A stretch of DNA of 21,198 bases, taken from the NCBI GenBank assembly GCA_009787445.1, contig WRFX01000025.1:1-21198 (forward strand). Direction: 5' to 3'. The translations under genes and the position numbers were made by a program. Under the pieces are notes generated by a model. That model was not told where the DNA came from and did not search any database. It was given only the letters and a program-made list of their open reading frames with translations. Positions within the stretch are counted from its first letter, which is position 1. Each line of letters begins with the position of its first letter. This document shows, piece by piece, positions 1 to 8,500 of the stretch. This stretch comes from Chitinivibrionia bacterium (GTDB lineage Bacteria; Fibrobacterota; Chitinivibrionia; Chitinivibrionales; Chitinivibrionaceae).

Positions 1-53
1 CTTGAGCGCGTGCAAAAAACAGTCGCAAAATAAATAATTCGTTTTGACAATTT

Positions 54-75
54 GACAAATAGTATTTTTACGGCG
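54..75 (+). promoter_or_regulatory. Recurrent promoter-like motif, instance 1 (gacAAATAGTATTTTTACggcg), upstream of the 105 gene
   Basis: It matches the recurring consensus GGCAAATAgTATTTTTACCG about 30 nt upstream of the start codon. TTGACA hexamers occur at 44-49 and 52-57. Confidence 0.45.
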
Positions 76-104
76 AAAAAATATAAAATTTGGAGAAAAA
101 AACT

Positions 105-671
105 ATGAAAATAGATAAAATAATAGCGATTTTAATATTTGCATGGTTTGCCGTTTGCGCACAAATTCCATTTGGAGGATTTTCCAATTTTAAAGCGTTT
201 CGCGATAATATTCCCGACGTAACAGACACAAGTTTTCGTTTGTCCAAAATTGAAAAATCCGTAGATAAAAACGATTTGGATTTTCGTTTGGAATATAGAG
301 ACGAGCGCGGGAAAATGAAACTTACTCGCAAAGAAATAGCGATATTTGCCGACGGGAAAAATTATTATATCGCCGACGGGACAATAGGTTTCGGCTCGCC
401 GCGTTTTCGCAAATTAACCGATTGTAAAAATTTTTCATATTTTCGCCGCGTGAGTTCTGCGCCGTCGGGAACTGGCGGACATTCCAAAGATAATTTGAAC
501 GAAACTTGGGTAATTTTAGACCATACCAACGGGGCGATTTCGGAATTGACCGACAAAGTGTTAAAACAAATTTTATTGAGAAACGAACCGCTTTTATACA
601 ACGAATATGCCGACAAACACAAAAAAAACGGCAGTCCTATGGATTATATTAAAAGGATTTGTAAAGATTAG
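105..671 (+). CDS. Hypothetical secreted protein (N-terminal signal peptide), 188 aa
   Basis: An ATG at 105 follows a GGAG RBS at 92-95. This is preferred over the TTG at 90 used by the ORF track. The N-terminus MKIDKIIAILIFAWFAVCAQ is a hydrophobic signal-peptide-like segment. No recognisable catalytic motif was found. Confidence 0.55.
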   Translation: MKIDKIIAILIFAWFAVCAQIPFGGFSNFKAFRDNIPDVTDTSFRLSKIEKSVDKNDLDFRLEYRDERGKMKLTRKEIAIFADGKNYYIADGTIGFGSPRFRKLTDCKNFSYFRRVSSAPSGTGGHSKDNLNETWVILDHTNGAISELTDKVLKQILLRNEPLLYNEYADKHKKNGSPMDYIKRICKD

Positions 672-683
672 CGGTTTGGGTAA

Positions 684-750
684 TTTTTTTGAAATATTTA
701 CGTCGCAAATATTATATTAAACTTGTTAAAAACAACTTTTTTAGAACAAA
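684..750 (+). repeat. Intergenic repeat element, copy A (tttttttgaaatattt...gcaaatattatattaaacttgttaaaaacaacttttttagaacaaa)
   Basis: It is ~85% identical to copy B at 20788-20872. Both begin tttttttgaaatatt and contain (c)aatattatattaaa(c/a)t(t/c)gttaaaaacaa(c)tttttt. Both lie immediately 3' of a stop codon. Confidence 0.5.
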
Positions 751-910
751 TCGCTTTTAATACAAATAGAATGCAACGATTACTTAAATTTCTAAAAAGC
801 GGGCATACCATTGAAGAAGCCGAGAAGAAATTTACGTTCGCGTAAATGAAAAGGAAATTTTTTTTGAAAATCGAGGGTCGTGGTTTGAGTGGATTTTACT
901 TGTTATATTT

Positions 911-930
911 GCGCAAATAGTATATTTGCA
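911..930 (+). promoter_or_regulatory. Recurrent promoter-like motif, instance 2 (gcgCAAATAGTATATTTGCa), upstream of the 950 gene
   Basis: The same motif class lies ~20 nt upstream of the RBS. Confidence 0.4.
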
Positions 931-949
931 ATAACAAAAGGAGAAAAAA

Positions 950-2170
950 ATGTCGTGGACAACGGAACAAATAGAAAAATCGGTTTTTAATTTTGAAAAA
1001 TTTGATAAAAAAACGCAAAAAAAAATTATCGAATTTCTGCAAGAAAATATTTCTTTTGACGATTATTTGAAACAAACCGAAAAAAAGAAAAAAGCGATAG
1101 CGAATACGCAAAACGCAAAAAATATCCTTTTGGGAACGCAGCAAAAATATCCGCGGCATTCGGATTTTTCGCAAATCTCCCTAAATTTACAGGACATAAA
1201 AAATTACGCGATTTTAATAACGGCGGGCGGAGAAGGCGAGCGACTTCGTATTTCGCTCAAAGAAAAAGGATATTCCGACGACGACTTAAAGGACTTCACA
1301 AAAGCGACTTTTCCCATTCCAAATACCGATTACAAATTCGGCGCTTTGGAGGTAAATCTTAAAATGCTCGCCGAATTAAACCCCGAAATTCCCGTTATAG
1401 TAACTACGGGACCAGTCGGCTCGGATACCGAAAAAATAATTCCGCGAATTTTAAGAAAAAACGCGAATTTCGGCGTAAAAAATATAGAAATTATCGCTCA
1501 AAACGAACGACTGCACTTGACAAACGAAAATAAAATCGTGTTTGAAATAGACGAAGAAAACATAAAACCGATTACGAATCCCGACGAAACAGGAGGACCT
1601 ATCGCAAAATTAAAAGACGGCGACATTTTGGAAAATCTTGAAAAAAGCGGAATAAAAAAAATTATGATTTTGCAGGGAACCGCCGTTTATTCCGAAAAAA
1701 TTATCCCGATTATCGCGGCGGCGGGGCAAAACTACGACGGTTTGGGAATCGGAATTTTGCGTAACGAATTTATAGAAAGCGACCCGTACGGCACTTTCGT
1801 TTCGATAAACGATTATAATTTACGAATCATAGAAAAAGAAGTGCGAACGCCGCAAACTTACGCGATAAAGAATGAAAACGGGAAATTTCTTCCTTGCAAT
1901 ACAGGATTTTACGTTTTTGATGTTGAATTGTTAAAAAAAATCGAAATGCCCGATTACGCTACGCCGCCGAAAATTATTTTAGAAGGAATTGAAAAGTCGC
2001 CGAAAATCGGATACGCCGCGACAGATATTATCGCTTTTGCGAAAAAACCCGCGGTGCTTACGATTTCCGACGATGATTTTCGCGTGATAAAAAATGCCGA
2101 AGATATTGATGTTTTGTGGAAATTTTGCGGTTGTGGTGAAAATTCTTTGAAAAGAATTTTGTTTTCGTAA
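950..2170 (+). CDS. Nucleotide-sugar pyrophosphorylase-like protein (eukaryotic-type UDPGP/UAP family), 406 aa
   Basis: An AAGGAG RBS at 937-942 precedes the ATG at 950. The glycine-rich motif ILITAGGEGERL resembles the L(A/N)GG(Q/L)GT(R/S)(L/M)G NTP-binding loop of the UDP-sugar pyrophosphorylases UGP and UAP1. Downstream segments (NPEIPVIVTTGPVGSDTEKII and PDETGGPI...KKIMILQGTAVYS) follow the same domain order as that family. Confidence 0.5.
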   Translation: MSWTTEQIEKSVFNFEKFDKKTQKKIIEFLQENISFDDYLKQTEKKKKAIANTQNAKNILLGTQQKYPRHSDFSQISLNLQDIKNYAILITAGGEGERLRISLKEKGYSDDDLKDFTKATFPIPNTDYKFGALEVNLKMLAELNPEIPVIVTTGPVGSDTEKIIPRILRKNANFGVKNIEIIAQNERLHLTNENKIVFEIDEENIKPITNPDETGGPIAKLKDGDILENLEKSGIKKIMILQGTAVYSEKIIPIIAAAGQNYDGLGIGILRNEFIESDPYGTFVSINDYNLRIIEKEVRTPQTYAIKNENGKFLPCNTGFYVFDVELLKKIEMPDYATPPKIILEGIEKSPKIGYAATDIIAFAKKPAVLTISDDDFRVIKNAEDIDVLWKFCGCGENSLKRILFS

Positions 2171-2417
2171 CTTTTTTCGTATTCTTTTCAAAACAAATAT
2201 TATATTGCTCCCGACTTCCGAAGAAATTGGCAGAGGCTGCGGACAGATAAGTTACGGCGGTTTGGTATTCAATATGCAAGACGGAACGATGGAAAAAAGA
2301 GCTGGCGACGACGTGAACAAGTAGATATATGCCGCGCTTGTCGGCGGTTTTGAGAAAATTTGTGTGTTTTTTCGGGGGCGTATTTTGCGGTACGTCCTTT
2401 TTTTTGTTTGGCGTATA

Positions 2418-2440
2418 TTCGGCATATAGTATTTTTTATG
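2418..2440 (+). promoter_or_regulatory. Recurrent promoter-like motif, instance 3 (TTCGGCAtATAGTATTTTTtat), upstream of the uORF and mod
   Basis: Over ~50 nt of motif, spacer and RBS it is nearly identical to the hisE and OMP instances. Confidence 0.45.
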
Positions 2441-2457
2441 GAAAAAGGGAGTAATTT

Positions 2458-2493
2458 ATGAAAACAAGTAAAAATAGAATGTTAAAGATATGA
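2458..2493 (+). CDS. 11-codon upstream ORF (MKTSKNRMLKI) translationally coupled to the methyltransferase gene
   Basis: A strong SD sequence AAGGGAG lies 7 nt upstream of the ATG at 2458. The stop TGA at 2491-2493 overlaps the mod ATG at 2490 (ATGA). The large gene has no SD of its own. The promoter motif at 2418-2440 lies directly upstream. Confidence 0.3.
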   Translation: MKTSKNRMLKI

Positions 2494-5400
2494 TGAAAAA
2501 CACAAGCGTAAACGAAAAATTGAATCGATTTGTCGAACTTTTGGAGGGCATATTTGAACTCGACAAAGCGGATTTGGACTTCGGCATTTACCGCGTTATG
2601 AATATTCGCAAAGACGAGATAAAAAATTTTCTCTCCGACAACTTGCCGAGAAAAATACGGGAAACTCTTGCCCCGTTCGCCGCTAATACCGAAACGCTTA
2701 CCGCTCGCATTGCCGAGATTGAAAAACAAGCCGCCGACCTTGACATAGAAATAACCGCAAGCCCGAAATTATCCGGCGAATATTCCCGTCTCAAATCGCA
2801 ACTTGCGGCTGGTGTGGATTTATCCGCCCTTGAAACGGACGTATATTCCGCTCTGTACAGTTTTTTCAACCGCTACTACGACGAAGGCGATTTTCTTTCC
2901 AAACGCCGCTACAAAGAGGGCGTATACGCAATACCTTACGAAGGCGAAGAGGTAAAACTTCACTGGGCAAACGCCGACCAGTATTATATAAAAACCGCCG
3001 AAAATTTCCGCGATTATTCATTTATCGTCGATAATAAAAAAGTACATTTTATACTCGTTGAAGCGACAACCGAAAAAAATAACAACAAAGAATCAAACGG
3101 CAACGGGCGTACTTTTATGCTATATACGGAAACCGCCGACAGCCCCGACGTTAAAACGATAGAAGGAATAGACGGCGAACTTATCATACGTTTTGTATAT
3201 AACATTCCCGAAGATAAAAAAAGAAATTACGCCGAAGAAAACCTTGCCGCCATAAAGGAGAATATTCATAAAAACTTTCCCGACTTTCAACGTTTACTCG
3301 CGGCAGTTTCCGAAAAAGATAACCGCTCGTTGCTCCAAAAACACTTGACCGCATACGTAGCAAAAAATACGTTTGATTACTTCATTCATAAAGACCTGAA
3401 CGGCTTTTTGACTCGCGAACTTGATTTTTTCATAAAAAGCGAAGTTATTTGTCTCGACGACATCGACACAACCGATGAAAAACGCGTCGAAAGTTACCTT
3501 GCAAAAGTGCGGGCTATAAAGCGCGTCGGAAAAATTATAATTGAATTTTTGTCGCAGATTGAGGAATTTCAGAAAAAACTGTATCTCAAGAAAAAATTCG
3601 TCGTGGAAACAAACTGGTGCTTAACGCTTGACCGCGTAGATGAAAGTTTTTATTCCGAAATAATTGAAAATACAGCGCAGATTGCCGAGTGGCGGGATAT
3701 GTATGCCATTGACGAAATACAAGAAAATTTATCCGCGGCAGTGTATTGCGACCCGCTGACAATTGAATTTCTGCGGCAAAACTCAAACCTTGTACTTGAC
3801 ACACGGCACTTCTCCGCAGATTTTAAAGACCGTCTTGTAGCAAGTATTGATAATTTGGACGAACAGACGGGGGGCTTGCTGATTCACAGCGAAAATTTTC
3901 AGGCGTTGGGATTGTTGCAGGAGAGGTATCGTGGGCAGATTAAGTGCGTCTATATTGACCCGCCGTATAATACCGATGCAAACAGCATTTTATATAAGAA
4001 CGGGTATAAGGATAGCTCTTGGATTAGCTTAATTCAAGATAGACTCCTATTAACAAATATTCTTATGCGTGAAGATTGCCCGATTATTGTAGCTATTGAT
4101 AGTGCAGAACAAGCAGAATTAAAACTTCTATTATCACAGATATATGTAAATTGTGATATTGATTGTGTTGCTATTGTTCATAATCCTAGAGGGATAATAG
4201 GCACAAACTTTTCTTATACCCACGAATATGCTATATTTGTATCGCCAAAAGGGAAAAAGATTGTAGGCAATAAAAAAATAGAACTGGCTGATATTGATTG
4301 GTCTCCCTTGCGAAATTGGGGCGGCGAATCATTAAGAACCGATGCAAAAAATTGTTTTTACCCTATAATAGTTGAAAATGATACCATAATTGGTTTTGGG
4401 GACATATGCGATGATGATTATCATCCAAATCAAACTGAAAAAATCGGAAATCAATTTTTTGTGTACCCTATCGACCAAAATGGTGTTGAACGCAAGTGGC
4501 GTTATGCGAGGCAAACTATTGACACAATTTTCAATTTAATTAAGGCAAAAAAAACAAAAAACGGTTATGATATAGAATTAGGCAAAGATTTTAGCTTGTA
4601 TAAATCCAGTTGGACGGAATCAAAATACGATGCGAGTGTAAATGGAACTCAGCTGATACAATCCATAATTGGCGACAATCCTTTTACATTTCCTAAATCT
4701 TTGTATACTGTTATAGATTGTATTTCTTCTACGACCACTAGTAATTCTATCATCCTCGACTACTTCGCCGGTAGCGGCACCACCGGTCACGCGGTAATAA
4801 ACCTGAACCGCCAAGACAACGGCAACCGCAAATACATCCTCGTGGAAATGGGCGAATACTTCAGCACGGTAATGCTCCCGCGAATGAAAAAAGTCATCTA
4901 TTCCACCGATTGGAAAAACGGCAAGCCGCAAAACCGCAATACCGGCGTAAGCCACATTATGAAGTATTTTACGCTGGAAAGTTACGAGGACGCGCTTTCC
5001 AATATAACGCTTGACGACGATAAACACGAATTGTCGTTAAAATTCGGCGACGAGTATATGGTGCGGTATATGTTTGATTATGAAGCGAAAAACAGTATGC
5101 TCAACCTTGACTTGTTCGCTATGCCTTTCGATTACAAACTGAAAATCAACGAGAACAACGAAACAAAAGAAAAAACCGCCGATTTGTGCGAGACATTTAA
5201 TTATCTTGTCGGATTATCGGTAATAAAACAATCGACGAAAGAATATTTTTCAGCCGACGACGACCCTGACGGCGAGTACGAAAACGCCGTTAGATTGGAA
5301 CCGAATAAAGACGGTAAATTCGTTTTCAAACGGATTGAAGGGAAACTGCCGGATGGCAGACGCGCGCTCGTTATTTGGCGCGTTATTACAGACGATTTAC

Positions 5401-5591
5401 TTAAAAGCAACGCCGCGCTTGACGCGTATTTTTCAAAAAGCAAAAACAATTTTACATACCGCGAATTTGACTTAATATTTGTCAACGGCGACAATAATCT
5501 CGAAAACCTGCGCCGCGACGACGAGAATTGGAAAGTACGGCGCATAGAACCCGTATTCAAAACAAAGATGTTTGAGGCGGCGCAATTTTGA
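2490..5591 (+). CDS. mod: Type III Mod-like beta-class N6-adenine (or N4-cytosine) DNA methyltransferase with ~450-aa N-terminal extension, 1033 aa
   Basis: Motif IV is present as IKCVYIDPPYNT (D490-Y493) and is preceded by LLIHSENFQALGLL. Motif I (SAM-binding) is present as ILDYFAGSGTT (aa ~757). The order IV-TRD-I defines the beta class. A ~260-aa variable region between the motifs is the target-recognition domain (TRD). The stop overlaps the start of the downstream helicase gene. Confidence 0.85.
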   Translation: MMKNTSVNEKLNRFVELLEGIFELDKADLDFGIYRVMNIRKDEIKNFLSDNLPRKIRETLAPFAANTETLTARIAEIEKQAADLDIEITASPKLSGEYSRLKSQLAAGVDLSALETDVYSALYSFFNRYYDEGDFLSKRRYKEGVYAIPYEGEEVKLHWANADQYYIKTAENFRDYSFIVDNKKVHFILVEATTEKNNNKESNGNGRTFMLYTETADSPDVKTIEGIDGELIIRFVYNIPEDKKRNYAEENLAAIKENIHKNFPDFQRLLAAVSEKDNRSLLQKHLTAYVAKNTFDYFIHKDLNGFLTRELDFFIKSEVICLDDIDTTDEKRVESYLAKVRAIKRVGKIIIEFLSQIEEFQKKLYLKKKFVVETNWCLTLDRVDESFYSEIIENTAQIAEWRDMYAIDEIQENLSAAVYCDPLTIEFLRQNSNLVLDTRHFSADFKDRLVASIDNLDEQTGGLLIHSENFQALGLLQERYRGQIKCVYIDPPYNTDANSILYKNGYKDSSWISLIQDRLLLTNILMREDCPIIVAIDSAEQAELKLLLSQIYVNCDIDCVAIVHNPRGIIGTNFSYTHEYAIFVSPKGKKIVGNKKIELADIDWSPLRNWGGESLRTDAKNCFYPIIVENDTIIGFGDICDDDYHPNQTEKIGNQFFVYPIDQNGVERKWRYARQTIDTIFNLIKAKKTKNGYDIELGKDFSLYKSSWTESKYDASVNGTQLIQSIIGDNPFTFPKSLYTVIDCISSTTTSNSIILDYFAGSGTTGHAVINLNRQDNGNRKYILVEMGEYFSTVMLPRMKKVIYSTDWKNGKPQNRNTGVSHIMKYFTLESYEDALSNITLDDDKHELSLKFGDEYMVRYMFDYEAKNSMLNLDLFAMPFDYKLKINENNETKEKTADLCETFNYLVGLSVIKQSTKEYFSADDDPDGEYENAVRLEPNKDGKFVFKRIEGKLPDGRRALVIWRVITDDLLKSNAALDAYFSKSKNNFTYREFDLIFVNGDNNLENLRRDDENWKVRRIEPVFKTKMFEAAQF

Positions 5592-8500
5592 CAAACAAAA
5601 ACGCGGCTTTTTCTAATTTTCAATGGAGCGAACAACTTGTATTGTTTCGTTATTTTCTTTATCTGTTCGGCAAAAATACGCTTGCCGGACTTGCGGGAAA
5701 TATGAACAATTCGGAATATGAAGGCGTTAATGAAAATCAGAATACGTTTTTTTATGACGAATTAGACGGCGTTTTGTCGCGATACGGCGCGAACGCAAAG
5801 GTAAGCCGCGACGCGCTTCGCGAATACGACGAGAATATTTGCCGCTACGTTAAACAAATTGGCGAGAATCGCGGCGGCATTAAACTGAAATATTTTCAGT
5901 ATATCGCGTGTTTATTTACCGAAATATATCTTGACCGTTATTTTACGGACAAAACCGGATTTGCGGAAGAATTAAACGAATTTTCGAAAAAAGTAAAAAA
6001 AGAAAGTTCCGGCTCGATAGACATTGAACAATTCACGCCCGCAAATATGAATAAACTGGCTTTTATGTGCGCCACGGGCAGCGGCAAAACGCTTATTATG
6101 CATATAAATATTTTGCAATTTTCATATTATCTTAAAAAGGCGAAAATGTTTAATCCGCGTATAAATATTAACAAGATTATCGTTCTTGCGCCGAACGAAG
6201 GAATGTCCCAACAACATTTGGCGGAACTTTATTTGTCGCGCATATCGGCGGAGATGTTCGTAAAAAGCGGTTTCGGCAATAGCGCCGATGTGGTCATCGT
6301 AGATATGAACAAACTAAAAGAGGAAGGTAAGGTAAAAACCGTTTCCGTCGACAGTTTTGAACAGAACAATCTCGTGCTTGTGGACGAGGCGCATCGCGGG
6401 CTTGCCGGCGACGTGTGGTACGATTACCGCTCGCGTCTTTCGGCGGAAGGCGGCTTTGCGTTTGAATATTCCGCCACGCTTAAACAGGCGATGAAAACGC
6501 TGAACGTTAAAAAAGACAAAACGCTTCTCGACGAGTATTTCCGTTCGATTATCATTGACTATTCGTATAAATTCTTTTACGAAGACGGTTACGGCAAAGA
6601 ATACCGAATTTATAATCTGCAAGACAGTATAGACGATGAACAGCGGCAATTATATCTTACGGGATGTTTGTTGTCGTTTTATCAACAACTGAAATTATTT
6701 GCGCAAAAAGTCAAGGAGTATGCGCCGTTTAGTTTGGAAAAGCCGCTGCTTGTTTTTGTCGGCAATCGCGTAACTGCAAAAACGTCCGCCGCCGAGATGA
6801 CCGACGTCGAGGAAGTTTTGGACTTTATCGATAAATTCGCGCATAACAGGGAACGAACGATAGGTCGGATAAACGCCGTTTTAAACGAAGACACGGGACT
6901 TACGGACAGCCGCGGACGCGAACTGTTTTCGCAAAATTTCAACGCCTTATTTTCGCTGTTCGGCGCCGCGCCAAAAGCGGAGGACGTTTATAAAGATATT
7001 TTGCGCGTCGTGTTCAACAGCGATACGGTATCCGACGAATTGCGTTTGCATCTCTTAAACTTGCGTCAAGTGCAAGGCGAAATAGCGTTGCGTATAGGAA
7101 AAGACGGCAAGTATTTCGGCGTGATAAGTATCGGGGATACTTCGGGACTTATTAAAAACTGCGAGGCAAAGGGTATTTTTGCCGAAACGGAGGAATTTGT
7201 CAATGAATCGCTGTTTGGAAATATTAACGAAAAAGTATCTAATATTAACGTTCTTATCGGTTCGCGCAAATTTAGCGAAGGATGGAACTCGTGGCGCGTT
7301 TCGACTATGGGACTTATTAACTTCGCGAAGAGCGAAGGGTCTCAGGCAATACAACTTTTCGGTCGCGGCGTGCGGTTGCGCGGATACGGCGGCTGCCTGA
7401 AACGAAGCGGCAAATTAGACGACCGTTCTATTGTTGCGCCGAAAAACATAGAATTGCTCGAAACTTTGACAATATTCGGTATCAAGGCGAAGTATATGGA
7501 AGATTTCAAAAGACATCTTGAAATAGAAGGTATGCCCGTCAACGAGAAACCTCGCGAATACGCGCTACCGGTTATAAGCCGATACGGTGAAATTAAAGAT
7601 AAAAAACTCCGCGTAATTAAGGTTAAAGACGGCGCGAATTTTAAGAAACAGGCGGCGCGGCTAATGCTAGCGGCGCCGGACGAAGGGTTTTTACGTTATT
7701 TGAACGGAAACAAAGCGATTATTGACTGCCGTTCAAAAGTGCAAACGCTGGAATCCGCGTCGAATGAAAGAATACAATTAGCGCCAAGCGAATATACTAT
7801 TGACGAAAAGTATATTCCGTTTCTTGATTACGAGCGAATTTTTGACGAATTACAAACTTATAAAAACGCTAAACTTTATTATAATATTTCTTTGTCTAAA
7901 GACAAAATAAAGGCAATTTTGCTGACGGACGGATGGTACGGGCTTATTATCCCCCCAAGCCATATAAATATCGACAGCATAGAAAAACTTTCTTTAAATA
8001 CCGATTTTGCAATAATGGTATTAAAAATTTATATCGACAAATTTTACAAATACGAAAAAGACCGATGGGAAACCCCGCGGCTCGAATATCAGGAATTGGA
8101 CGAAAACGACAATAATTTTGTCGACGAATACAAATTCTCCTGTTACGGTAATGACGGCGCCGACTCCGTTGCAGATACTGTGGAGCAGTTTGTCAAGGAC
8201 TTGAACGTGCTACTAAAACAGCATAACGGTATTCCGGCATACGAGAATAGTATATTGAACGGCGCGCTTGTCGCTTTTGACTTTCGGCAACATTTGTACA
8301 CGCCGCTTATATCCAAAGCAGGCGACTTAAAATTGACCGTATCTCCCGTAAGTTTGAACGACGACGAGAAAAAATTTGTCGACAAACTGAAATACTATGT
8401 CGACGATAACGTCGATATGTTCGACGGCAAAACATTATATCTGCTCCGCAATAAGAGCAAAATAGGTATGGGCTTTTTTGAAGCGGGCAATTTTTATCCC

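Noticed and set aside
896-1174. 92-aa ORF on the - strand overlapping the 5' end of the UDPGP-like gene
   Set aside because: It is an extreme K-, F- and L-rich low-complexity translation of an A-rich region, and it is antisense to a gene with a clear RBS.
4620-5635. 135-aa and 144-aa ORFs antisense within mod
   Set aside because: They lie in the GC-richer 3' part of mod. They are typical shadow ORFs and carry no motifs.
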